Part shown: positions 28,934 to 37,710 of the stretch, in pieces
Layout of the letters: each line of letters starts with the position of its first letter
How positions within the stretch are numbered: the stretch's first letter is position 1
The notes under the pieces: model-generated
Told to the model about the DNA's origin: nothing
The model's input: only the letters and a program-made list of their open reading frames with translations
Databases searched by the model: none
Source: Tepidanaerobacteraceae bacterium
GTDB taxonomy: Bacteria > Bacillota > Thermosediminibacteria > Thermosediminibacterales > Tepidanaerobacteraceae
DNA length: 64,000 nt
Reading direction: 5' to 3'
Assembly: GCA_050949725.1 (NCBI GenBank)
Contig: JBMNGH010000007.1
Coordinates: forward strand, 4,622 to 68,621
Made by a program: the position numbers and the translations under genes

Positions 28934-29074
28934 TCAGCCCTGCTCTTCATTCTTTTTTTCTTGTTTATTCTTTTCTGCCAGTACTGTCTTTCCACAATAC
29001 GGACATTTCCATGCCTCAAGATCTGCAGCGGAATATGAGCGTCTGCTGCAAAAAGGACATGTTGAGTATGGCAA
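28934..29074 (-). CDS. possible 46-aa zinc-ribbon protein (below the ORF-track cutoff)
   Basis: My own translation gives (TTG)PYSTCPFCSRRSYSAADLEAWKCPYCGKTVLAEKNKQEKKNEEQG, with two CxxC pairs. The TTG start lies 6 nt after GGGGGG. It is in a different frame from the 62-aa track ORF at 28900-29088. Confidence 0.3.
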   Translation of the reverse strand: MPYSTCPFCSRRSYSAADLEAWKCPYCGKTVLAEKNKQEKKNEEQG

Positions 29075-29241
29075 TAAAAACCCCCCAAACCTTGCGGTTT
29101 AACACTAAAACTTAATATACGTCTCCGCTTCGCTCTATTAAATAATTCCCCAAAGTTTTCAAAAATCCTTCATAAGGATAAACAAAGATTAGGCAAATTT
29201 ATGATTTACGGTGATTATATAAAATTTATGGGTGATAATAA

Positions 29242-29946
29242 ATGGACACTTTTTTTAAAATATTGGCTTATAGTTCTTTTTCCGGGCTGGCAGTAGTTAT
29301 CGGCGGTTATTTAGGTACTAAGAAGATACCTGACAAAATCCTCGCGTTTGTATTAACATTTGGTTCAGGTGTCCTTCTCTCAGTACTATCTTTTTCACTA
29401 ATGCATGAAGCATATCAACTTTCCGGGCCGGTATGCACCTCCTTAGCATTTATAATAGGTGGAGTTTCATTTTACCTATTAGAATACTTCGTATCGAAAC
29501 ACGTTGCTGAAGGTACCGGGATGATAATCGGCACTGCAATGGACGACCTACCAGAAGCTCTCAGCATGGGAATAGGTTTTGCAACTGGGAAGGGCAAGTT
29601 GGGTATTGTACTTGCTTTGTCAATATTTTTGCACAACATACCTGAAGGGATTTCATCAACCCAAGAGCTTATAGATAAGTCTAAATTGACTACAAAATCC
29701 GCAATGTTATTAGCTTTCCTGGTAGCCTTACTCGACCCTTTTGCCGCTTTAACAGGATACTATATATTAAGAAATGTGAGCACCGAATTACACGGCATGA
29801 TAATGGCTTTTTCCGGCGGATCCATACTGTTCATGACAGGAACCGATATGATTCCAAAAGCACATAAAATCGGCTCAAGGCTTGAAAATTTCGGAATGCT
29901 GGTCGGTTTTCTGACAACTTTTTTGCTCAGCAGAATTATGGGTTAA
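29242..29946 (+). CDS. ZIP-family metal (zinc) transporter
   Basis: 234 aa. It has the motif HNIPEGISS and a ZupT-like TM pattern. Confidence 0.85.
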   Translation: MDTFFKILAYSSFSGLAVVIGGYLGTKKIPDKILAFVLTFGSGVLLSVLSFSLMHEAYQLSGPVCTSLAFIIGGVSFYLLEYFVSKHVAEGTGMIIGTAMDDLPEALSMGIGFATGKGKLGIVLALSIFLHNIPEGISSTQELIDKSKLTTKSAMLLAFLVALLDPFAALTGYYILRNVSTELHGMIMAFSGGSILFMTGTDMIPKAHKIGSRLENFGMLVGFLTTFLLSRIMG

Positions 29947-30013
29947 TACCCATCGCTTTTAAATTGTGATATAATTGGTCTAACATAATAGGGATTATCA
30001 CTAACCACCGGAG

Positions 30014-30439
30014 GTGTCGCTATTGGAAAGTATCGATGTGGCAAAAATAGCAATTAAAATGGCCCTTTCCTCGAGAACTGAAGAAATGGAACTGAAACAG
30101 TCGTATTCAAAAATGAACGTAAAGGTTTGTGCAGTTGATTTTGGAGGAGATTTCGTAAATTCAGTCAAGAAAATCATTGAGCGAGCCCTTGTAGCAGCAA
30201 AAAGGGAAGGCGTGATAGAAGAAACTCACGTTTTTGAAGGGGCTGTTGTAGGCGCAACCCGAGAAGCCGTCTCGCAGATTGTCCCAAAAGCACTTGGACT
30301 TAATATCGGGGGTAAAATCGGAATAGCAAGACATGGCGAACATATAAGTGTGGCTATGTTTTTTGGGGTAGGTTTTTTAAATTTAAACGATGTTGTCATC
30401 GGTTTGGGGCACAGATCTATACCTAATCAGGTAACTTAG
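30014..30439 (+). CDS. HutP-family RNA-binding antiterminator-like protein
   Basis: About 140 aa. It can be aligned by eye with B. subtilis HutP: KVCAVDFGGD versus KVCLGKVGSMD, THVFEGAVVGATREA versus SHALYHATMEAL, HISVAMFFGVGF versus WIAVSLYGTIG, and a C-terminal GLGHRSI versus GVGINHI. The TTG at 30023, 8 nt after GGAGG, is a better start than the GTG at 30014. Confidence 0.8.
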   Translation: MSLLESIDVAKIAIKMALSSRTEEMELKQSYSKMNVKVCAVDFGGDFVNSVKKIIERALVAAKREGVIEETHVFEGAVVGATREAVSQIVPKALGLNIGGKIGIARHGEHISVAMFFGVGFLNLNDVVIGLGHRSIPNQVT

Positions 30440-30458
30440 GTAACTTAAACAAAGCATA

Positions 30459-30487
30459 TTGACAATGTGAGTATTATGAAATATAAT
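30459..30487 (+). promoter_or_regulatory. consensus sigma-A promoter TTGACA-17-TATAAT in front of the ABC importer leader
   Basis: TTGACA lies at 30459-30464 and TATAAT at 30482-30487, separated by an exact 17-nt spacer. Confidence 0.65.
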
Positions 30488-30502
30488 TGGTTTAAATACT
30501 TG

Positions 30503-30521
30503 TAGGATGGTAGTATGGTAG
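30503..30521 (+). promoter_or_regulatory. three TAG triplets in 8-nt register (candidate HutP-type binding site)
   Basis: The sequence is tgTAGgatggTAGtatggTAGgag, with TAG at 30503, 30511 and 30519. It starts roughly 10-15 nt downstream of the predicted transcription start. Confidence 0.45.
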
Positions 30522-30533
30522 GAGATCGGTTAT

Positions 30534-30565
30534 GAAAACACTCTTACCGGGGTGTTTTTTGTTTT
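30534..30565 (+). terminator. weak A/U-rich terminator-like hairpin plus T-tract in the ABC leader
   Basis: GAAAACAC (30534-30541) pairs with GTGTTTTT (30552-59) around a 10-nt loop, and runs into TTTTTTGTTTT. An alternative helix, GGTAGG (30517-22) with CTTACC (30543-48), includes the third TAG. Confidence 0.4.
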
Positions 30566-30608
30566 CTCCCCCATGCTGACCGTTTTTATTATTAAGGGGG
30601 TAATTTAT

Positions 30609-31640
30609 TTGAAAAGGTTTTTTGCTCTATGTATGTTGTCACTTTTAGTTTTGTCTCTTATGCTGGCTGGTTGTGGAGACCAGAACACCGGCAGCCAATC
30701 TTCTGAAGTTTCTAATGAAGGACAATCAGATACTACTGAAAAGGTGTTCAAGATTGGTATTTCACAATTCGTAGAACACCCGGCACTCGACTCTGCTAGA
30801 GAAGGGTTTATTGACGGTTTAAAGGAGTCAGGTTTTGAAGAAGGAAAAAACGTAATATTTGAATTGGAAAATGCTCAAGCGGATTTTCCTACAACCCAAA
30901 CGATCGCAAGCAAATTTGTGGCAGATGAAGTAGATTTAATTCTGGCAATAGCTACACCCTCCGCACAATCGGCGGCCAATGCCACAAAAGACATACCAAT
31001 CATGATAACGGCGGTGACTGACCCTGTTGAGGCCGGCCTTGTCAAAAGCCAGGAAAAACCCGATACAAATGTAACTGGCACAACAGACATGAATCCAATA
31101 AAAGACCAACTAGAGCTTCTAAAGAAAATACTGCCAAGTGCTAATAATGTGGGCATAATCTACAATGCCGCTGAACCCAATTCAAAAGTACAGGTCGACA
31201 TAGCAAAAGATGTGTCAGATGATATCGGTTTGACTATACTTGAAGCGACAGTTGCAAACAGTAATGAGGTCAACCAAGCCATTCAAACCTTGGTCGGAAA
31301 AGTAGACGCATTGTATGTACCAACCGATAACACGGTCGCCTCTGCCATTGGGGCTGTTGTTAAAGTATGCAATGATTCAAAAATACCCGTGATAGGTGCC
31401 GAAAGAGGGCATGTTGAAGGAGGAGCGCTAGCGACTTTGGGTATTGACTACTACCTTCTTGGTAAACAGACCGGAAACATGGCAGCCCGAGTTTTACAGG
31501 GCGAGAATCCACATAATATTCCAGTTGAAGGTTCAAAGGATCTAAAACTTATTATAAATATGACGTCAGCAAAAACCCTTGGAATAAATATACCGGATGA
31601 ACTTAAATCAAAAGCTGATGAGATATTAGGAACTGATTAG
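30609..31640 (+). CDS. ABC transporter substrate-binding lipoprotein (BMP/ABC_sub_bind type)
   Basis: A lipobox (LSLMLAGCG) follows a TTG start at 30609, which lies after AAGGGGG. The mature part has the motifs KIGISQFVEHPALD and VTGTTD, typical of the uncharacterised PF04392-like binding proteins. The track ORF start at 30552 lies inside the leader hairpin. Confidence 0.85.
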   Translation: MKRFFALCMLSLLVLSLMLAGCGDQNTGSQSSEVSNEGQSDTTEKVFKIGISQFVEHPALDSAREGFIDGLKESGFEEGKNVIFELENAQADFPTTQTIASKFVADEVDLILAIATPSAQSAANATKDIPIMITAVTDPVEAGLVKSQEKPDTNVTGTTDMNPIKDQLELLKKILPSANNVGIIYNAAEPNSKVQVDIAKDVSDDIGLTILEATVANSNEVNQAIQTLVGKVDALYVPTDNTVASAIGAVVKVCNDSKIPVIGAERGHVEGGALATLGIDYYLLGKQTGNMAARVLQGENPHNIPVEGSKDLKLIINMTSAKTLGINIPDELKSKADEILGTD

Positions 31641-31653
31641 AGGTGTCCCGTAA

Positions 31654-32577
31654 ATGTGGCTTAACACTTTACTTACATCTGCCGAGCAGGGTCTGGTATT
31701 TGGAATCATGGCCCTTGGCGTATACATTACATTTAAAATTCTCAAATTTGCCGATTTAACTGTTGACGGAAGTTTCCCTCTCGGTGCAGCTGTGGCCGCT
31801 TCATTAATAGTGAGCGGCCAAAATCCTTTTCTCGCAACAGCTGTAGCTTTTGCTGCAGGCGGAGGGGCAGGTATCTTTACTGGATTGCTAAACACCAAGG
31901 CTAAAATAAGTGACTTGTTAGCAGGAATTTTAACAATGACATCATTGTACTCAATTAATTTGAGAATAATGGGAAAACCGAATATACCTTTATTAAACCA
32001 ACCTACTATTTTTACTTTTGTGCAGGATTTAATTAAAAGCATGATTCCCGGTTTTCCTTTAAAATATATGTTTATAATCATCTTTATAATTACCGCCTTA
32101 GCGGTTAAAATCCTTTTGGACATTTTCCTCAAGACGCAAATGGGTTTTTCATTACGAGCAACAGGGGATAACCCACAAATGATACGAAGTCAAGGGGTCA
32201 ATACTGATATTGCCAAAATTACCGGTCTCTGCCTTTCGAATGCGATCATAGCCACTGCTGGAGCTCTTGTAGCCCAATATCAGGGATTTGCCGATGTAGG
32301 AATGGGAATAGGAACAGTAGTTGCCGGCCTTGCATCTGTAATAATAGGTGATGCTCTTATCGGCGAAAGATCTATTTTCTTTAGTACATTGAGTGCTCTG
32401 TTCGGGTCTTTTTTGTACCGGCTAAGCATTTCCCTTGTACTGTCTTTTAGATTAGCCCAGGCCTCAGATCTAAAGTTGCTCACAGCATTAGTAGTGATAG
32501 CAGCGCTTACTTTACCGCAATTTAAAAAGACGTTAAAGATAAACTTCGGGAGGGGGGCTTCTGATGCTCAAAATTGA
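31654..32577 (+). CDS. ABC transporter permease
   Basis: 307 aa with multiple TM spans. It resembles the branched-chain/BMP-type permease pattern. It is located between the binding-protein and ATPase genes, with a 14-nt overlap with the ATPase gene. Confidence 0.85.
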   Translation: MWLNTLLTSAEQGLVFGIMALGVYITFKILKFADLTVDGSFPLGAAVAASLIVSGQNPFLATAVAFAAGGGAGIFTGLLNTKAKISDLLAGILTMTSLYSINLRIMGKPNIPLLNQPTIFTFVQDLIKSMIPGFPLKYMFIIIFIITALAVKILLDIFLKTQMGFSLRATGDNPQMIRSQGVNTDIAKITGLCLSNAIIATAGALVAQYQGFADVGMGIGTVVAGLASVIIGDALIGERSIFFSTLSALFGSFLYRLSISLVLSFRLAQASDLKLLTALVVIAALTLPQFKKTLKINFGRGASDAQN

Positions 32578-33358
32578 AAGTGTTTCAAAGACATTTAATC
32601 GAAATACCCCTAATGAAAACAAGGTTTTTGACGGACTTTCACTTGAAATAAATGAGGGCGACTTTGTCACAATAATTGGCAGCAACGGAGCTGGTAAGTC
32701 AACACTTCTCAATATAATTGCGGGGGTCTTCCCTATAGATGCGGGCTCAATAAAGCTCGATAACAATGACATATCCAATTTCCCCGAATATAAAAGGGCT
32801 GCCTATATTGGGAGGGTTTTCCAGGATCCAATGCTGGGAACTTCTCCATCGATGACAATCGAAGAAAATCTGTCTCTCGCCTATTCGCGCTGTGAAAACT
32901 TTAGTTTAACCTGGGGACTAAATCCCTTGAAAAGGAGTCTATTTAAAAAGTACCTGTCAGACATCCCTCTAGGGTTGGAAAAAAGACTGACAACAAAAGT
33001 TAGGCTGCTTTCAGGTGGCCAAAGACAGGCACTGACACTTGTTATGGCAACCATGAAAAAGCCGAGGCTCCTTCTGTTAGACGAACACACCGCCGCTCTA
33101 GACCCGAAAACCGCCATACTTGTAAATGACTTGACCGAACAAATCATCCGCAAAGACAAAATTACGACACTTATGGTGACCCATAACTTGGAACATGCTA
33201 TCAAAATGGGCAACAGACTTATTATGATGCATATGGGAAAAGTAGTTTTGGATATAAGTGGTGAGGAAAAAGCCACGATGACAATTCCCATGTTACTGAA
33301 AAAATTCGAACAGACGCAGGGTGAACAATTTGTCAATGACAGGGTTATGCTCGCTTAG
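32564..33358 (+). CDS. ABC transporter ATP-binding protein
   Basis: It has Walker A (GSNGAGKST), the signature LSGGQRQ and Walker B (LLLLDEHTAALD). Confidence 0.9.
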   Translation: MLKIESVSKTFNRNTPNENKVFDGLSLEINEGDFVTIIGSNGAGKSTLLNIIAGVFPIDAGSIKLDNNDISNFPEYKRAAYIGRVFQDPMLGTSPSMTIEENLSLAYSRCENFSLTWGLNPLKRSLFKKYLSDIPLGLEKRLTTKVRLLSGGQRQALTLVMATMKKPRLLLLDEHTAALDPKTAILVNDLTEQIIRKDKITTLMVTHNLEHAIKMGNRLIMMHMGKVVLDISGEEKATMTIPMLLKKFEQTQGEQFVNDRVMLA

Positions 33359-33528
33359 AATTTATTCATAATTGAATTTTGCATAACAAGTATTCTCACC
33401 ATTTCTGAAGATATTGATTAACTTGATTACCGCAACTATAATAATATTATAATACTACTTTTATTAATTTTTATTAAATTTGCCTCAATTTTCCGATCGA
33501 CTGATTATGTTGGAGGGAAAATATACAT

Positions 33529-35166
33529 ATGATCATCAAGGTTAAAGATGTGCTTACTTTTGGCGGCCTAAAAAATGCAAAGCTAGTTGCGGGTGCAGGT
33601 GGCATCGAAAACGAAGTTGAGAGCATAAGTGTCTTGGAGGTAGCCGAGTCCGCCATTGGAAGGTGGGTCCTTAAAAATCAGCTATATATTACTTCCTTTT
33701 ATGCCATACATTCAAATGTAGAAATGCAGAAAATAGTCATCAAAACATTGGTCGATTCTAAATGTTGTGGCTTGGTATTGTGCCACATTAATTTATGGGT
33801 TAAGAATATTCATCCCGAAGTTATTGACCTATGCAATCAACTTAACTTTCCACTAATAGTAGCCGATTCTGATGTTTCTTATGTTGAGATCTTAAATCCC
33901 ATTATTGAGAGACTGATGAAAATAAACATGGCTGACACTCAGCTAATGCTCAGTGCACAAAACAAGCTGATAGATATAGTTGCCACTAATGATCAATTAG
34001 AGGATATTTTTAGAAGTATAACAAGTGTCTTTAAAAGCGAAATTTCATTTTATGATTTGGATAATAAGTGCATTTTTGCCAACTGTTATTGCAGTTCTGT
34101 CACAATTTCCAAAATCGAGAATTTTTTAAAGGATTCCTGTTACAGCTTGTTTGCTGAATTGAAAAACAATTCTTTTACAACGAAAACTATTGATGGAAAA
34201 TCATGGATTATATATCCTATTAAAGCTGTAGGCGTATTTTACGGCTTTGTTGTTGTTTTAAACAGCTTCGATAGCCCTGAAATTGCCCAAAATTTGATAA
34301 AAAATATAGCCAAGATGTGTACACTGATTTACACCAAAAAAAGTAGGCTTAAAGAACTGCAAGAAATTTATGTCCAAAATTATATCAGCGATCTGATAAC
34401 CTGGAATTTTAGAAACGACGATGTTGCAATCAAATCTGGTTTAGACCTGGGTTGGGATATAAGAAATAAATCCTACCTAGTTATTATAAATATTAACAGT
34501 ATTCAAGAGTATTTGTTTCGTAAAGAGGTAAAAGATATACAAAACTATGTGAAAAAATATCTTTATCCTCTCATTGTAGAAGAAGTAAAATCATTTAATC
34601 CTAAAAATTTAATCGGTTATAGAAGTGATATGGTTTTTATACTGATAGAAAGAGATAAAAAACTTGATGAGGAAAATATAGAAACAGTGACTGCTAACAG
34701 AATATTAAAACTTTGCTCGGAACATTTCCAGGGTTCTGTATCAATAGGAATCAGTGATTACATTTCTGACTATACAAGAATTCCCACCAGCTATGTTGAA
34801 GCTACAAATGCTGCTATTCTCGGCCGTAAATTTTTCGGTGAAAATAAGGTTACAAAATATTCCGACCTCGGTTTTTTAATGTTGTTAAAAGAGATGAAAA
34901 AAACCAAGAATACAGATATGATTATCGATTATTTGTTGCAACCCCTTATTGAATATGATAGGCTAAATTATACAACCCTCGTAAAAACATTTGAGTGTCT
35001 GCTGGAGAACAATATGGATGCTACTAGGGTTTCCGAAGCCTTGTTCGTTCACAAGAATACTGTAAATTACAGGAAAGGCAAAATAATAGAGATTTTAGGT
35101 AAAAATCCTTTCGAAATGCCGCATTTGATAAATTATCTCTTGGCATACACTTTACAAAAGTTGTAA
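33529..35166 (+). CDS. PucR-family transcriptional regulator (paralog B)
   Basis: 545 aa with the same architecture as 20303-21925 (ISVLEVAESAIGRWVLKNQLYITSFYAI and a C-terminal HTH LFVHKNTVNYRKGKIIEILG). Confidence 0.85.
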   Translation: MIIKVKDVLTFGGLKNAKLVAGAGGIENEVESISVLEVAESAIGRWVLKNQLYITSFYAIHSNVEMQKIVIKTLVDSKCCGLVLCHINLWVKNIHPEVIDLCNQLNFPLIVADSDVSYVEILNPIIERLMKINMADTQLMLSAQNKLIDIVATNDQLEDIFRSITSVFKSEISFYDLDNKCIFANCYCSSVTISKIENFLKDSCYSLFAELKNNSFTTKTIDGKSWIIYPIKAVGVFYGFVVVLNSFDSPEIAQNLIKNIAKMCTLIYTKKSRLKELQEIYVQNYISDLITWNFRNDDVAIKSGLDLGWDIRNKSYLVIININSIQEYLFRKEVKDIQNYVKKYLYPLIVEEVKSFNPKNLIGYRSDMVFILIERDKKLDEENIETVTANRILKLCSEHFQGSVSIGISDYISDYTRIPTSYVEATNAAILGRKFFGENKVTKYSDLGFLMLLKEMKKTKNTDMIIDYLLQPLIEYDRLNYTTLVKTFECLLENNMDATRVSEALFVHKNTVNYRKGKIIEILGKNPFEMPHLINYLLAYTLQKL

Positions 35167-35178
35167 ATTTGTTAATTA

Positions 35179-35230
35179 TATGCATCTGTTTGTGTGTTTG
35201 AACAAACGGATGCATATTTTTTTATTTTTT
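35179..35230 (+). terminator. intrinsic terminator after PucR paralog B
   Basis: TATGCATCTGTTTG (35179-35192) pairs with CAAACGGATGCATA (35203-35216) with one G-U pair, followed by a T-rich run (35217-35230). Confidence 0.75.
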
Positions 35231-35276
35231 GCAATAATGTTTTAAAAAAATGCATATTATATACTTGAGTTAAACA

Positions 35277-35300
35277 AGCTAAAATCATAGCTAAAATCAT
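35277..35300 (+). repeat. exact tandem 12-bp repeat AGCTAAAATCAT x2 immediately upstream of the RBS of NCS1 permease B
   Basis: The sequence reads directly as AGCTAAAATCATAGCTAAAATCAT, followed by ATAGGGAGGAG and the start codon at 35319. Confidence 0.9.
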
Positions 35301-35318
35301 ATAGGGAGGAGATGAGTG

Positions 35319-36617
35319 ATGAGTACTACTGCAGAGACACAAAAATCGAGCGCTCATGACCACGCGACTGAAAGGGTCCCTGAGCGGGAGAAGAAGGGAA
35401 TTTTTGAAGTTGCAATCGTCACAGCAGGGTTTTGTATTTGCATGTCCGGCCTTTTTACAGGAGCCTCAATCGCCATCGGCTTAAATTTCAGACAGGCTAT
35501 AATCGCTGGAATCATAGGGAACTTAATTCTTTCAGTATACGGTGGCGCTGTTGGAATGGCAGGTGCAAAAGAGGGTGTGTCCACATCCTTGTTGGCAAGG
35601 CAGGGGTTTGGGCGCGAAGGATCAAAGGTAGTGAGTATGGTGCTTGCCCTAACAATGTTGGGGTGGTTCTCAGTCCAAGTAGGGTTTTTCGGGGATACCA
35701 TCAGTGCCATGTTCCCGAATGGGGGTTTCTTCGCAACCAAATATGTGGCAGCTTTTTGGGGTGGAATCTTAATGCTTTTGACCGCCTATTACGGATTTAA
35801 AGGAATCAGTGTGCTCAGCAAAATTGCGGTGCCTGCAATTGCAATACTGTCGATTATCGGAATTTTTGCTGCGGTAAACACTGTAGGTGGTTGGAATTCA
35901 ATTACTGCTGTAAAGCCTGCCCAAAACATCAGCTTGGGTTCCGGCATTGTAATGGTAGTGGGTTCATTTGCCGCCGGTGCTTCAGCTCAAGCCGACATAA
36001 CTCGGTATGCTAAATCGCCGAGAGTTTCCTGGATAGCCACAATTATTGGTTACATGATAGCAAATTTGTTTATTATAATGGCAGGCTACATTACGAGTTT
36101 GGCTACCGGTTTGGGAGACTTGCCATCGGCAATGCTGCAATTAGGTCTTGGAATCCCCGCACTAATAGTCCTTATTGCCGCACAGTGGACTACAAATGAT
36201 AACAACCTTTACACCTCTTCTCTAGGCCTTGCAAACATAATCAATGTAGACAGATCTAAAATCGTTTTGGTCACCGGTGTATTGGCAACACTTGTGGGGG
36301 TTGCTGGTCTGTCTAACTACTTCGAAAGCTGGTTGGTTATTTTAGGAATTGGTGTCCCTCCTATGGCAGGAATTATCTTGGCAGATTATTTCTTCATCAG
36401 TGGACAAAAATATAGCTATGGAAAAGGCACTGAATACGCCAAATGGAACCTCAACGCATTTATAAGCTGGATCATAGCTTGTGTCGTAGGATATTTTGTA
36501 ACCTGGGGCATCGGCTCATTAAATTCCTTAATAGTGGGTCTTGTCCTATACATCATATTGATGAAAGTAAATAAGGACAAAGCTATGATAGGAAAATATA
36601 TTGAAGAAAAGTTTTAA
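35319..36617 (+). CDS. NCS1-family permease, paralog B
   Basis: About 432 aa. It aligns along its full length with 25310-26626 (FGREGSKVVSMVLALTMLGWFSVQVGFFG versus FGRKGSMVISVIIAVTLVGWYAYQVGFFG). The ATG at 35319 lies 7 nt after AGGGAGGAG. Confidence 0.9.
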   Translation: MSTTAETQKSSAHDHATERVPEREKKGIFEVAIVTAGFCICMSGLFTGASIAIGLNFRQAIIAGIIGNLILSVYGGAVGMAGAKEGVSTSLLARQGFGREGSKVVSMVLALTMLGWFSVQVGFFGDTISAMFPNGGFFATKYVAAFWGGILMLLTAYYGFKGISVLSKIAVPAIAILSIIGIFAAVNTVGGWNSITAVKPAQNISLGSGIVMVVGSFAAGASAQADITRYAKSPRVSWIATIIGYMIANLFIIMAGYITSLATGLGDLPSAMLQLGLGIPALIVLIAAQWTTNDNNLYTSSLGLANIINVDRSKIVLVTGVLATLVGVAGLSNYFESWLVILGIGVPPMAGIILADYFFISGQKYSYGKGTEYAKWNLNAFISWIIACVVGYFVTWGIGSLNSLIVGLVLYIILMKVNKDKAMIGKYIEEKF

Positions 36618-36650
36618 AACAAATAAAAATATCTTTAAGGAGGTTTTTCA

Positions 36651-37697
36651 ATGCCGACATATTTAGACATGGAGCTGACTCAAGCTGCCTACAAGCTAAT
36701 GCACGACATGGTAAAAGTCAAAAAAGGAGAAAGTGTTTTAGTTACTATTGATTCAATATCAGACTTCAGAGTTGCAGAGGAAATAGCAAAGATATCAGAA
36801 GCCCTCGGTGCCAAAGTCATGCTTGCATGGCATTCTACACCTAAAGGATATGGTGCGATGACAATGCCGTATCTACCAGAACCTCTAATTGCGTGTGCTG
36901 ACAAAACCGATGTGTGGATTGAGCTAAATGACCAATGGCTGCTCTACTCTCCCCTTTGGGATAAAGCCGTTACTAATGGTCGGACGAGACAGGTGATGTT
37001 AGGTGGATTGGGCATTGAGAGGATAGTGAGAAACATAGGTAAGGTTGATATGGCAGTCCAAAAACAATTCCAGGATGAACTGACAAGAATGACAAAAGAA
37101 GCAAAAGAGGTTCGTATAACTAACAAGGCTGGCACCGACATTAAGTTCAACAATGACCCGAACAGACCTATTAATAACGAGATTGACTACAGCACCCCTG
37201 GTGCCCACTTCCTCATCGGGCAAATTGGTTGGGCTCCTAAAGAAGAAACCATCAATGGGAAAATAGCAATCGACGGAGCAATAAGCGGCGGAGGAGATGC
37301 AGAATTAGGGGTGCTCGATGAGGTCATAACGTATATAGTTGAAAAAGGCAGGATCGTAGATTTTCAAGGAGGTCAAAAAGCAGAAATAATCAAAAACCAC
37401 TTCAAATCACTCAATGATCCTAATATGTATATAGCTGCACACGTATGCTATGGCTGCAGCCCGAACGCCAAGCTCGAAGGCTGTACAACAGAAGATGAAA
37501 GAGTATGGGGAAGCACTCAATGGGGTTTCGGCCATCAAGGTCCTAACTACTCAGGAGGAGAGCCAAGGACTGCAAAAAGCCACATTGACGGTATATGCTT
37601 AGATTGTTCTGTATGGCTGGACGGTCGCAAGATACTTGAAGACGGTGTATTCATTGACAGCAAACTTGCCGAATTAGCTAAAAAACTCGGTAAATAG
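36651..37697 (+). CDS. aminopeptidase-T / NicX-like (M29 fold) protein, paralog B
   Basis: 348 aa. The overall pattern is that of COG2309-type leucyl aminopeptidase T or 2,5-dihydroxypyridine dioxygenase-like proteins (EDERVWGSTQWGFGHQG...SHIDGI). It is a paralog of 45801-46865. Confidence 0.7.
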   Translation: MPTYLDMELTQAAYKLMHDMVKVKKGESVLVTIDSISDFRVAEEIAKISEALGAKVMLAWHSTPKGYGAMTMPYLPEPLIACADKTDVWIELNDQWLLYSPLWDKAVTNGRTRQVMLGGLGIERIVRNIGKVDMAVQKQFQDELTRMTKEAKEVRITNKAGTDIKFNNDPNRPINNEIDYSTPGAHFLIGQIGWAPKEETINGKIAIDGAISGGGDAELGVLDEVITYIVEKGRIVDFQGGQKAEIIKNHFKSLNDPNMYIAAHVCYGCSPNAKLEGCTTEDERVWGSTQWGFGHQGPNYSGGEPRTAKSHIDGICLDCSVWLDGRKILEDGVFIDSKLAELAKKLGK

Positions 37698-37710
37698 CTT
37701 AATCAGAGGT

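Noticed and set aside
29100-29241. A Zur box upstream of the ZIP transporter.
   Set aside because: No TCGTAAT-N-ATTACGA-like palindrome is present. Only AT-rich sequence with no dyad symmetry was seen.
31626-32132. A 168-aa minus-strand ORF antisense to the ABC permease. Similar long antisense ORFs occur at 20721-21233, 27739-28158, 32881-33336 and 35354-35740.
   Set aside because: All lie opposite genes with strong family signatures, lack ribosome-binding sites and have skewed, repetitive composition. I treat them as frame shadows of the real genes.
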